Shown here in pieces: positions 17,340 to 27,300 of a DNA stretch of 39,341 nucleotides. The translations under genes were made by a program, and so were the position numbers. The notes under the pieces were generated by a model, which made no database searches, was not told the origin of the DNA, and saw only the letters and a list, made by a program, of their open reading frames with translations. Within the stretch, counting starts at the first letter, position 1; every line of letters begins with the position of its first letter. The DNA is from a virus (taxonomy: Duplodnaviria; Heunggongvirae; Uroviricota; Caudoviricetes): IMG/VR virus record IMGVR_UViG_2901984674_000003. One strand, written 5' to 3'.

Positions 17340-17363
17340 TAACCTCACTCCTTCGTTTGTGTA

Positions 17364-17855
17364 TCAATAAAAATAATCCTTAAGGTAGACCTTAACTTCA
17401 TCACCATCTTCATACACTTTGACTTTTCTTTCAGATAAGAATTTTAGCAAACCGCTATTCAGGTTAATTTCATTAGCTTTATAAACAAGTGTTTCTTTAT
17501 TGTCTTCCTCTAAACGATGGCTAATATCATCTAAAACTTGACGGTTAGCTTTGTTTTGTTCTGCTAATTGTTCAGCTTCAACGGCTGTCAAAATGTTGAT
17601 TGGAACAAAGATATAAGGCCCTTGTTGTGGCTTTGTAAAGACAATTTTTAACATCAAATAGTCAGGGCCTATAGTGGTTGATTTGATTTTTCTTTTATTA
17701 ACAATATAGCCTAAGTTTTTAAGGGTATATTCGATATTATCTATCTCATCTTTTGCCCAAACTACTTGGATAAGATTATATCCTAAACTTGCATGTTCTT
17801 GTATCAGCATTGCAGCTTTATTTAGTGCTGCTAAATCTACGTTTTTCATTTCCAT
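17364..17855 (-). CDS. hypothetical protein, paralogue of 5743-6273 (start corrected to MEMKNV)
   Basis: GAAAGGA RBS before ATG 17855. Confidence 0.7.
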   Translation of the reverse strand: MEMKNVDLAALNKAAMLIQEHASLGYNLIQVVWAKDEIDNIEYTLKNLGYIVNKRKIKSTTIGPDYLMLKIVFTKPQQGPYIFVPINILTAVEAEQLAEQNKANRQVLDDISHRLEEDNKETLVYKANEINLNSGLLKFLSERKVKVYEDGDEVKVYLKDYFY

Positions 17856-17880
17856 AATAAAAAGTCCTTTCTTATTTGAC

Positions 17881-18444
17881 CTACACTTCTTTAGACACAT
17901 AATTAACGATATTTAATTGATTTTTGCACTCATTTCTTCCTTCAAACGATCCCATTTTTTTATCATTAAATTTTTCTCTTTTGTACTGAGGCAAGTTTTT
18001 AACAAGCTCTACTTCGATATATTCTATATCCGCAGTTCTTGCCTTATGCTCACTATCAGCAAACCTATCCTGTTTGTTAACAAGTACAGTGTTTGCTTTG
18101 ACAATTTTTGTTTCGTTTTCAGTTTTGATTAAGTAGTAAGTTTCTCCATCATCATTCGTGCGTAAAATTTTCTTTGTGTATGCTGTAGCCTTATATTTTA
18201 CTCTTCTAGTTATTTTCTTTAAATCTGCAATAACAATTGCATCAGCTATCAGGTAAATAAAAAATGGTATAAGACAAACACCGATCGTAGCAAAGAATAT
18301 AATTGTTATGTTTGTTTCCGAGACAACTTTATTATGTGGCAAGTAAAAAATAATCATTATCAAAGTCCCAATATAACCTAAATAAATCATGAAAAAAGTA
18401 ACGAAATCGTCTAAAAAATAAGCTATTCTATTGATTGTTTTCAT
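17881..18444 (-). CDS. two-TM membrane protein, paralogue family A (start corrected to MKTINR)
   Basis: AGGAGG RBS; tandem paralogue of 18467-19207. Confidence 0.75.
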   Translation of the reverse strand: MKTINRIAYFLDDFVTFFMIYLGYIGTLIMIIFYLPHNKVVSETNITIIFFATIGVCLIPFFIYLIADAIVIADLKKITRRVKYKATAYTKKILRTNDDGETYYLIKTENETKIVKANTVLVNKQDRFADSEHKARTADIEYIEVELVKNLPQYKREKFNDKKMGSFEGRNECKNQLNIVNYVSKEV

Positions 18445-18466
18445 TTTCTTCCTCCTAATTTTTCTT

Positions 18467-19207
18467 CTAAAGCGATGCAATTACACTTAAAGTTATTGAT
18501 ACTACTAAGATTACTGATATTAACATGGAAAATAATACTAGAGCTGCTAATGGGTCAAATGAGTCTTCACTTTCTTTTGTTTGAGTAGGTTCATAAGGCT
18601 CATAAAATGCTTTTTCATTTTTTGAAGCTTGTTCTGATACGTAATATGTGATGTTTAATTGGTGTTTAATCTCCTTATACCTTTCAAAGCCCATATATTC
18701 CTTAAAGACTTTTTTCTTGTATTCAGGCAAAGCTTTATCAAATTCCACTTCAACAAATTCCACTTTCTTAGATCCTACTTTATGTTCGTCATCAGCAAAC
18801 TTATCTTGCTTATTGATAAGTATAGTGTCAGCTTTGACAACTTTTTCGTTCTCACCATCTATATTAATTACATAATATTTTTCTTCTTCATCACCTTTAT
18901 ATGAAGCCTTTTCTTTATAATCCAAAGCCTTATGCTTTGTTTTTGTAGTTAATTTTTTGAAATCTGATAGAATACTTACATCAAATATCCTCCTGAAAAT
19001 CATAATTGCAGCACTAGTTATAAGTGCTACTAATATAAGAATAAACATATTGGTATTGAATCGATTCATTGAACCAGTCTTGAAAAAATCTATCAATGCG
19101 TATATTGTCCCAATTATAAATTCACCAATTAAAGTAATGATAGTTATGCATACATAATTATCATAATCGTTGAAAAAATAAGCTAATCTGTTGATTATTT
19201 TTCGCAT
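18467..19207 (-). CDS. membrane protein, paralogue family A with an extra C-terminal TM
   Basis: INR.AYF and KQD.FAD.EHK shared with 17881-18444. Confidence 0.75.
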   Translation of the reverse strand: MRKIINRLAYFFNDYDNYVCITIITLIGEFIIGTIYALIDFFKTGSMNRFNTNMFILILVALITSAAIMIFRRIFDVSILSDFKKLTTKTKHKALDYKEKASYKGDEEEKYYVINIDGENEKVVKADTILINKQDKFADDEHKVGSKKVEFVEVEFDKALPEYKKKVFKEYMGFERYKEIKHQLNITYYVSEQASKNEKAFYEPYEPTQTKESEDSFDPLAALVLFSMLISVILVVSITLSVIASL

Positions 19208-19219
19208 AATAACACCCCC

Positions 19220-20287
19220 CTACGCTAGTTTCCCCAGCATGCCAGCCAATTCTTCATTATCATCTTCAGCGTTTTCTTGGTCTTGTCCCCAGCCTTCTTC
19301 AGGGTGAGAAACAAGCTTGTTGCCTTCCTTTTGTGTAAGCGTGTTGTAGTAAGCAGAACCATCAGCAATTAATGGAGCTTCTTCAATACCGTTGATGTAA
19401 TTGTTAGCTTTAACTAACCACTTGCAGAATTGTTTGTAGCCTATGTCCATACTTTGATCATCAATGGTAAAAATGTCTAAGCGTGGTGTTTTTTCCTTAG
19501 TCACAACAATGTAGTGATAATCAATGGTGTAATCGTGATAACCATTGTCTAATAATAGTTGACGATATACCCCAGCTTGCCATGGGAAAAGTTTTTCAAC
19601 CGTCCATTCAACAGGCATATAGCGATGCTTACCAAAAATGTCATCGCCCCAAGCCCAACCACTTGGATCATAGGACTTAGCTGTTTTGTAGTCGTAAGCG
19701 TGAATTACTTTTTCTTGTTTATCGACTACATAAATGTCTAGCTTGCCCTTGTATTCAACATTGTCATAACTTGATTTAAATGGTTGTTCAATCAATACTT
19801 CAAAACGTTCTTGGTTAGTAACTTGTGAAATCATAGTTTGCATGATAATTTCTTTAACTGGATTGCTGTTAATCACAACGTTAAACCATTCTAAAATCGG
19901 TTTGTTGGTAGCTTTCAATTGACCTTTAGTTTTACCCTTAGATGAAAATAAGTCTGAATATTCGTTTTCTTCTAGTGGCTTAATCTTATCAAAAGCGTAT
20001 TGCTTAGCCTTTTCTAACAAGTTATCAACCCAAATTGAGCTGTCTTTTTCTTTGGTTAGTTTTACGTTTTCTTCATTGTTTATGTATTCCATTGAAAACT
20101 CAAGTAGGTCATGGAAGTATCTACCTTGAAGCAAAGCGTTGTTATCATCAAACCATGGAAATTCACCTAAATAGTTAGCCAATGCTCGCTTAGGGTTTTG
20201 AGCAAACAAGCGTACACTTGAAACGGACAAAGTTTTATCTTCATAATATTCGTTATCTAAATTCATTTTTAAACACGTCCTTTTCAC
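19220..20287 (-). CDS. PD-(D/E)XK nuclease-like protein (phage RecE/DUF3799-like)
   Basis: YY...LSVSSV N-terminus, KGKLD...DYKT and QAGVY motifs. Confidence 0.8.
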   Translation of the reverse strand: MKRTCLKMNLDNEYYEDKTLSVSSVRLFAQNPKRALANYLGEFPWFDDNNALLQGRYFHDLLEFSMEYINNEENVKLTKEKDSSIWVDNLLEKAKQYAFDKIKPLEENEYSDLFSSKGKTKGQLKATNKPILEWFNVVINSNPVKEIIMQTMISQVTNQERFEVLIEQPFKSSYDNVEYKGKLDIYVVDKQEKVIHAYDYKTAKSYDPSGWAWGDDIFGKHRYMPVEWTVEKLFPWQAGVYRQLLLDNGYHDYTIDYHYIVVTKEKTPRLDIFTIDDQSMDIGYKQFCKWLVKANNYINGIEEAPLIADGSAYYNTLTQKEGNKLVSHPEEGWGQDQENAEDDNEELAGMLGKLA

Positions 20288-20328
20288 TTTTATAAAATTA
20301 CATATTGCGATACTATATTAACAAGTTA

Positions 20329-20378
20329 ATCTTACCATTATCAGTCGTTTTTGTAAACTTTTTTATAAACTTTTTCAA
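20329..20378 (-). promoter_or_regulatory. promoter of the leftward operon with upstream TTGAAAAAGTT box
   Basis: TTTACA(20357-20352)-17 nt-TAAGAT(20334-20329) with extended TG; box at 20378-20368. Confidence 0.65.
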
Positions 20379-20404
20379 AAAGAAAAAATAAACAATATTA
20401 TTTG

Positions 20405-20432
20405 TTGTTTTTATCAACTTTTGTGTTATACT
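20405..20432 (+). promoter_or_regulatory. HU promoter
   Basis: TTGTTT-16 nt-TATACT with extended TG. Confidence 0.6.
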
Positions 20433-20506
20433 ACAGTTGTAAGCGAAACAAAAGCCTTAACATCAAGGGTTTCGCAAGTAAATTTAATTTTTTTAGAGGT
20501 GTTTTT

Positions 20507-20779
20507 ATGAACAAAACAGAATTAGTAGAAGTCGTTGCTAAAAAGATGGGTACAACTAAAAAAGAAGCAGAAGCAGCTGTTTCAGCATTTACAGAAACAG
20601 TTAAAGAAGCCTTAGCTGAAGGCAAAAAAGTACAATTAATTGGCTTTGGTAACTTTGAAGTACGTGAACGTGCAGCTCGCAAAGGTCGTAACCCACAAAC
20701 AGGCGAAGAAATTGATATTCCTGCAACTAAAGTACCTGCATTCAAACCAGGTAAAGGATTTAAAGATGTTGTAAAATAA
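20507..20779 (+). CDS. hup: DNA-binding protein HU (90 aa; start at MNKTEL)
   Basis: [32 protein letters not shown] signature; GAGGTG RBS. Confidence 0.97.
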   Translation: MNKTELVEVVAKKMGTTKKEAEAAVSAFTETVKEALAEGKKVQLIGFGNFEVRERAARKGRNPQTGEEIDIPATKVPAFKPGKGFKDVVK

Positions 20780-20797
20780 ACGGCTACATAGCTATAT

Positions 20798-20833
20798 AAA
20801 AAGAACATTCAAACTAGTGAATGTTCTTTTTTT
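20798..20833. terminator. bidirectional intrinsic terminator
   Basis: AAAGAACATTC/GAATGTTCTTT stem with A- and T-tracts between convergent genes. Confidence 0.85.
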
Positions 20834-20841
20834 CTATGCCT

Positions 20842-21873
20842 TTATTCGTAAGCCGAACGATCTTCTAAGTCTGGTACAAGCGTAAAGGCAAGATGTTCTG
20901 CCCTGTTGCTGTCAGCTCTACCAGCATTAGTAAAACAAGCCGTGATTCGTTCTGGGCTAACTTGGTTTAACAAAGCTTCCCACTTACTGCGTGGCAACTT
21001 GTTAGTCAAAGGATTATCAGCGTATGTTTCTAGGATTTTTTCAATGTGTAATTGATTGATCTTTTCGTGGTTAATAAATTGGTTTAACCTTGCGTTGATG
21101 TAATTGTTGTCAACAGCATCGGCTAACCAGTCTTGTACCGTAGCGTCAGAGTCTTCTTCAATCATGTTCAAATAATCATCTACAGCATCAGGTAGATCTT
21201 GTTCTACGATTGTATCAGACACGTTAGCTAAGCCAACCTTACCTAAATCACTAGGTGTTAGTCCAAGATCGGATAAAAAGTATTCTACCCTAGCGTCAAT
21301 CTTTTGTTTTATGCCTTTTCTTAACGCTGGGATAATCTTATTCTTTAAATCAACCCTTTTTTCTTCTTTAACCCACATCATAAACTCATCATCAACTTTG
21401 GTTAAGTCTAAGCGCATAATCTTTTCACCTGGATATTTAGCTTTGATGAACTCACGGTATAAGTCGTAAAGCGTAGCGGTATTACCAACCTTTTCTTCTA
21501 AGATGTCTAAAGCTCTTGAATTTATATAAAATCCAAGATTGCCCTCAATTTTCCATGAGTCAACATAAATGTATCTAATATCACGAGAGGCATCGCTTGA
21601 TATAAACTCTTCAAATAGCTCTGGTGCATTTTTAAAGATATGCCCTTTTTGTCCTTCTTTTCTAGCGAAGATGTGAACTTCGTTGTTCCAGTCGGAAATA
21701 TTCTTGTCTATGTGTTTGAGAATCATTGCTTGAACCTTACCATCAGAAATATTTAAGTTCTTTCCTTCAGCTAAATCACTAGTTAATTCATACAAGTAAT
21801 TTCTGATGATAGGCTTAACTTCAGACATCAAATCTAGGTTTTTCTTATATTCTTCTTGCGATGTAACAGCCAT
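20842..21873 (-). CDS. acidic helical protein, paralogue family B
   Basis: C-terminal EKINQ.HIEK...PLT.KLPRSKW.ALL..VSPERI.ACF...FTLVPDLED almost identical to 21929-23023. Confidence 0.85.
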   Translation of the reverse strand: MAVTSQEEYKKNLDLMSEVKPIIRNYLYELTSDLAEGKNLNISDGKVQAMILKHIDKNISDWNNEVHIFARKEGQKGHIFKNAPELFEEFISSDASRDIRYIYVDSWKIEGNLGFYINSRALDILEEKVGNTATLYDLYREFIKAKYPGEKIMRLDLTKVDDEFMMWVKEEKRVDLKNKIIPALRKGIKQKIDARVEYFLSDLGLTPSDLGKVGLANVSDTIVEQDLPDAVDDYLNMIEEDSDATVQDWLADAVDNNYINARLNQFINHEKINQLHIEKILETYADNPLTNKLPRSKWEALLNQVSPERITACFTNAGRADSNRAEHLAFTLVPDLEDRSAYE

Positions 21874-21928
21874 TTTTAATCAACAACCTTTCTTGTTTTA
21901 AAGAAATCTAACTTGCGACTCTTTGTGT

Positions 21929-23023
21929 TTAGGCGATGTCTTCGAGGTCTGGAACTAAGGTAAAGCCTAATTGTTCAACCTTGTTGGCATCGACGTTACC
22001 ACTCACGTTAAAGCAAGCTTCAATTCGTTCTGGACTAACCCTAGAGCTTAACAAAGCAGCCCACTTACTGCGTGGCAACTTGCTAGTTAATGGATCCTCA
22101 GTCATTGCTTCAACTAGTTTTTCAATGTGTACTTGATTGATCTTTTCTTTGTTTACAAATTGCTTTAGCCTTTCGTCAATGTATCTGTTGTCATACACTT
22201 CTTCTATCCAATCAGGTACGTCATAACCATCTTCTGAACTACTGTTAATAGCTTCATCTTCTGCGTCCAAATAATCTTCAATTGCATCTGGTAAATCAGC
22301 GTTAACCATTTCGGCTACCACATTGCCTAAGCCAACTCTGCCTAAATCGCTAGAGCTTAATCTAAGGCTTGCTAAGAAGTCACCTAGTCTAGCGTTAACC
22401 TTTTCTTCCATGCCTTTTTTAAGGTAAGGCTTAACGTATGAATTAACCCTGGATTGTCCATTTTCTTTTTCCCATTGCATAAATTCATCAGTAATCTTGC
22501 TTAGATCAACCTTTAAAATCTTTTCGCTAGGATAAGCTTCATCAAGAAATTTATGATAATCGCTATTTGATACATTACCTAAATTTTCAACTAAAGTTTT
22601 TCTTGCTTTTTCGTGCATATAATACTCAATGTTACCCTCTAATTTAAGCCTGGACTTAAAGTCAGAAATAAGGGCTTGTCCATTTCCTTCACTCAAAAAT
22701 GAATTAAATAATTCTTCAGGGCTTCCTAGAAACTCTAACTTTTTATCCAGTGAATTAGCAAAAAACATTAGCCCATCATGCCATTGTTCAAAATTCTTAG
22801 TAACAACCTTAATAATAACTTCTTGAACAAGTTTATCATAAGGGTTGACACCACGTTGTTGTTCAAAGTCAATTGCTAGTTCAATTAGGTGACTACGTGC
22901 AATTGCTTCAGCTTTTGGCACAAGTGTTGTATTACTTTTGCCGTTAAATTGCATACTAGCCCAGCCTAATCCGTTAACATGTTCTTTTCCTATACGTTCT
23001 GTAACACTTGACATAACTATCAT
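21929..23023 (-). CDS. acidic helical protein, paralogue family B
   Basis: Tandem paralogue of 20842-21873. Confidence 0.85.
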   Translation of the reverse strand: MIVMSSVTERIGKEHVNGLGWASMQFNGKSNTTLVPKAEAIARSHLIELAIDFEQQRGVNPYDKLVQEVIIKVVTKNFEQWHDGLMFFANSLDKKLEFLGSPEELFNSFLSEGNGQALISDFKSRLKLEGNIEYYMHEKARKTLVENLGNVSNSDYHKFLDEAYPSEKILKVDLSKITDEFMQWEKENGQSRVNSYVKPYLKKGMEEKVNARLGDFLASLRLSSSDLGRVGLGNVVAEMVNADLPDAIEDYLDAEDEAINSSSEDGYDVPDWIEEVYDNRYIDERLKQFVNKEKINQVHIEKLVEAMTEDPLTSKLPRSKWAALLSSRVSPERIEACFNVSGNVDANKVEQLGFTLVPDLEDIA

Positions 23024-23035
23024 ATCCTTTCTTAA

Positions 23036-23071
23036 AATGGCGGTGTTACAACCCTTTGCACCACCGCCATT
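23036..23071 (-). terminator. GC-rich hairpin between family B genes (terminator or processing site)
   Basis: AATGGCGGTG/CACCGCCATT 10-bp stem; short T-tract. Confidence 0.55.
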
Positions 23072-23076
23072 AATTC

Positions 23077-24378
23077 TTAAATCATCTGTTCTTGCAAATA
23101 TCTAGTAAAAATTCTTTCAACCATTTGATCGCCTAGTTTAGCAAAGTTGTATAACTCACTTTCGTATTTAGCTACGACATTTCTAAGTACAGCGTTGATG
23201 TCATCGTTGCTATAACCAAAATCTCTAGCTGTATCAACAAATCTGTTTAAATAATACTCACGAGCTTTATTAGCGTCATACAAGGATAAAATCAAGTTGA
23301 TTAAATCTATTTCATTTAGGTAATCATCAAAGCTTGCGTCAGGGTTATCTTTTAAGTAGTCCTTAAAGTCAGCGTACATTTCAGACATCTTGCTATCAAC
23401 GAAGTTTTCCATGCTGGCACGATTGCGTAGCACATTGTATGCTTGTGGATAGCCCTTGCTTAGCTCAACGACTTTGTTTAACTTACTCTTAAGGTAACTT
23501 TGAACGTGAACGTAAAAGCCACCTTCTTTGATGTCTTCCAACACGTTTTCTGTTAGTTCTTTTTGACCTTTAACAAGATCTTCAAAAAACGTTTCTAACA
23601 CAGTTTCAGCATCGTATTCAACATACACATTTAAGATGTTTGCGTTATTGTTAGCCTTGCTTATCACTTGGTTAACATCATCGCTAGGATAGCCCATGTA
23701 AGACAAGTCTTGCTTTAAGCGTTCGAGAAGCTTGTTCTTTTCTTCTTCTTGCTTGCCTTCAAAAGCTCTTCTAAAGAGTGGATAAATAGTTCTGTCGATG
23801 TTTTCCATGAAGTAATCTTCAACGTGATAATTAGGCTTAGCCTTAGCTGTATCTAAGTAGTCTTGATAAAAACCATCAAAATTATCATCAATCCAGCGTT
23901 GAGCAAAACTTTGTGCAACCGTAGCTGTCAAAAGTGAATTTTGATCTTTGCTTACAGTTTCAACGAAACTACCAATATACTCACTGCCAGCCTTTTTAAA
24001 AACATCTTTAGCTACCTTTTGATTATCTATCATATCACGGTTGGAAAAATCAGGTACAGGCACGCTGTTGACTTGATTCCAAAATTGATAGCTTACCGTA
24101 AAGTTATTAAAAAAGCTTTTTTCTACGTCTTGACCTGCAAAGTTTGCATCATCATATTGGTTAACGTAGATGTCATAAAACTCATTAACTGCAGGTTTTA
24201 AGGCTTGAATACACTCTTTTTTAAACTTGTTAGCTTTGACGTAATTGTCATAGTAGCTAATATCGTTGCAACCAAGCTCTTTTAGATAGTTATCAATGCT
24301 CTGTAAAACCAAATCATTTTCTGCATAATTTGCGGTTGCGTCCTTAAGTGCATTAATCATGTTTTGATCTTTGATCAT
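23077..24378 (-). CDS. acidic helical protein, paralogue family B, with an internal duplication
   Basis: W/FID...Y.D(F/Y).D..K...(F/V).(D/E)Y module occurs twice and matches the C-terminus of 24398-28756. Confidence 0.85.
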   Translation of the reverse strand: MIKDQNMINALKDATANYAENDLVLQSIDNYLKELGCNDISYYDNYVKANKFKKECIQALKPAVNEFYDIYVNQYDDANFAGQDVEKSFFNNFTVSYQFWNQVNSVPVPDFSNRDMIDNQKVAKDVFKKAGSEYIGSFVETVSKDQNSLLTATVAQSFAQRWIDDNFDGFYQDYLDTAKAKPNYHVEDYFMENIDRTIYPLFRRAFEGKQEEEKNKLLERLKQDLSYMGYPSDDVNQVISKANNNANILNVYVEYDAETVLETFFEDLVKGQKELTENVLEDIKEGGFYVHVQSYLKSKLNKVVELSKGYPQAYNVLRNRASMENFVDSKMSEMYADFKDYLKDNPDASFDDYLNEIDLINLILSLYDANKAREYYLNRFVDTARDFGYSNDDINAVLRNVVAKYESELYNFAKLGDQMVERIFTRYLQEQMI

Positions 24379-24397
24379 CGCATACAGTCCTTTCTTG

Positions 24398-27300
24398 CTA
24401 TTGAATTACAGTTATTTCAGGCTCAAAGGGGTGTTTCTCAAAGATTTGTTCAACTACTGAATCACTTGAGTTCTTTCTTTCAGCTGAAGCAAACGACCAT
24501 AATTCTAAGTCTGTCATTTCTTTAGCTACACGTACACATTCAATACTAGAATGACCTAAGCTAGAGGCTTTATCCATGAATTTTTGAACCCATGTATCTT
24601 TGGCAGCACTAGCGTCAAAACTATTAGCAACTACTTTGTTGAAATCAACTTCTTTTAGATATTCTTCAAAAGTTAAGGCAGAATCTTCTTTTTTAGCATC
24701 AACAAAATCTTCGTACAAGCTATCAGCATTAGCATCAATCCATTGATCCATCTTAGCTTTGTTCAACATTACGTTAAATGAATAATCAAAGCCCATACTG
24801 TTTTCATCAATAACACCATTAGCAAATGTTTCAAAGCTTGCATGAGCTGTTTTAAGCAAAGCACCTTTATTGCTTACTTCTTCATCTGTTACCCATTGTG
24901 GCATTGGCACTGAGTTAAAGGCATTTTCAAACTCTGAACTGTTGATAAAGTCGTTTAAGAATGTATCTTCAACATCATCAACGAAAACATTATCATAAGT
25001 TTTAGCAAACTCTTTTTGAGCCTTGTTTACAACTGGTAATAAGCGTCCGCAATAATCTAGGAACTTGCGATATTCCTTAGTTATATCTGGCTTATACCCT
25101 TTTTCTTCTGCTTTACGGCGAACGTAGTTTTCAATTCTAAGATCAAAGCTATTACCATCTGGGAAGAAGTTAGCTAAATGAGATCTTATTTCTTCTTTTC
25201 TTTCTGCTAGTTTATCTTCAAAGTCATCTTTCTTTAAGGCAAAGAACAATTCACGTTTGTCTTTAGCATCAGCAAATGATTTATAATTGTTAGCTACAAA
25301 GTTTGTTACCTCATTTTGATAATAGTAAGTTGTTAGCCCTTTTTCAGTGTATTCAATTCTAACTTGTCCTTGCATGATTTCATCTACAATTGACTCTAAA
25401 TCATTTAAGTCAGCATCGTTGTCTTGAAGTAGTAACAAGTTAATTAGTAAGTCTGATTGTTTGCGTTGATATAAAGCTTGCTTAAATTCGACGAAGTGTT
25501 TATTGATTATCTTAAGTACGGTAGCTCTATCGACTTCTTTTGGCTTGTTATCATCTGAAACATACATAAACGTATGGTCTAACGCTGGAATCCTATCAGC
25601 AATATCTTCTGCTGTGTAATCTTCTGTTTCAAGTTGGAATCTTTCACTATGGAAGTTTATATCTTCAAGTAAATCAAGTACTCTTTGTTTCTCAGTAGCA
25701 TTACCTGTTCGATACAAGTTAGCTACCCTAGATAAATCTTTATCGTTTAAGCCATAAGTAATTTTTTGTGAAATTTCAGAAATTGACATTTCTGGGTTCT
25801 TTAAATACTCAACTACATCACTTTCATTTACTTCATTATCTTCAAAGTAAGGCATTGTGTTTATTGCTTGCTTTAAGTGCATATCAAAGTGAGAGTCAGT
25901 CATAAGTAATCTTGCAAACTCATTAGCATCACTGCTTAATTCTCTTTCAACGTATTCATCTTCAAAAAGATCCTTAGCATTTGATAGGTTTGGTTCAACA
26001 CTAAGTAAAAACTTCTTAAGCATCTCAACGTGTTCTTGATTACTAGGATCATAACCACGTTCTTTAGCTGTTTCTAACAGTTTATCGTAAACATCGCTAT
26101 AATCAGTTACCCTACTTGGTAATGAATTATTTAAAACGTCTTTTACTATACGAACTCTAGCCATACGTCTTTCTTCGTGTTCATCAGCAACTAATTCAAA
26201 GAATGTTGTTGTCTTATCTTTAGACTTAGTAAAGGCTTCTTTGTTTGCTTCAACTACTTTTTTAACGTCATTTAAACCATAAGTATCAGTGAAGTTATCT
26301 TCTTTTGGATAAGTAAGAGTAGTTTGTCCGTCCATTACTTGATCGGCTAATAGTTCAATGTCAATTGACTCGTCTTCTACATAATCGTAATCATCTTTTT
26401 GATCCTTCCATAGATCATGCAAAATTTCTGTCAAGTCATCAAATGAAAGAGTCATAAATCTACTACGTTTGATGTTATTAAGAACAAACTGTTTATTGTT
26501 CTTAAAGAATGTTGCAAGACTAGCAATTATAGACTCTATTTCACCGTTCCATTCAGCGGAATCAAGAGTAGCTTTCTTCACTTGTTCGATTAACTCTGAT
26601 TGGTGGCTTTGGTAAATCATTAATGCAGCAATGGCTGGTGTTTCAGGAATACTTTGTCCTTGATTGCTATTAGCGTTGTCGTAAATTTCCTTAGCTTTTT
26701 CTTCAATAAAATCAGAAATAATTGCTTCACCTTTTTGCAAGAATCTAGCGAAGAAATCATCATTCAAAAGGTCAAAATCAAAGCCATAACTTTGTTGAGT
26801 AACTTTGTTAAAGATGTTAAATGAATACTTATCTTTTTCTAGTTCTTGTTTTAAGTCATGCCAACGTTCTTGCAATAGTTCGTTTCGATCTTGCTTGTCT
26901 AATTGTTCTTTCCAATCTGGAGTTCTTTCAGCAATGAACTTATCCAAATCCTTTTGGTAAACCTTAGCCTTTTGCCAGTCAGCTAATTTAGAAACTTTTC
27001 CTTGCCAGTAACGAACGTTAACTTTATTGTATGGTTCGGTTTGACGAACTTCTTGTAATAACTCTGTCTTTACTTCTTCTAACAATAAAGCAAATGGGAA
27101 ATGTTCTTCGTAGTATTGACTGATAACTGCACGGTGGGAATCAAGGTAACTTCTAACTACATCATCAACATTGTTTTCATTAATATCTGTAGCTTGTGCC
27201 ATAATTGCTCCAGTTAATAAGTCTGTTTCATCAGTAATAAATTTAGTCTTTAGATCCATAGTTTTAGCATAAGCACTTTCACTGTCGATTAAGTTTTCTG

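Noticed and set aside
20431-20808. 125-aa minus-strand ORF
   Set aside because: Antisense to HU.
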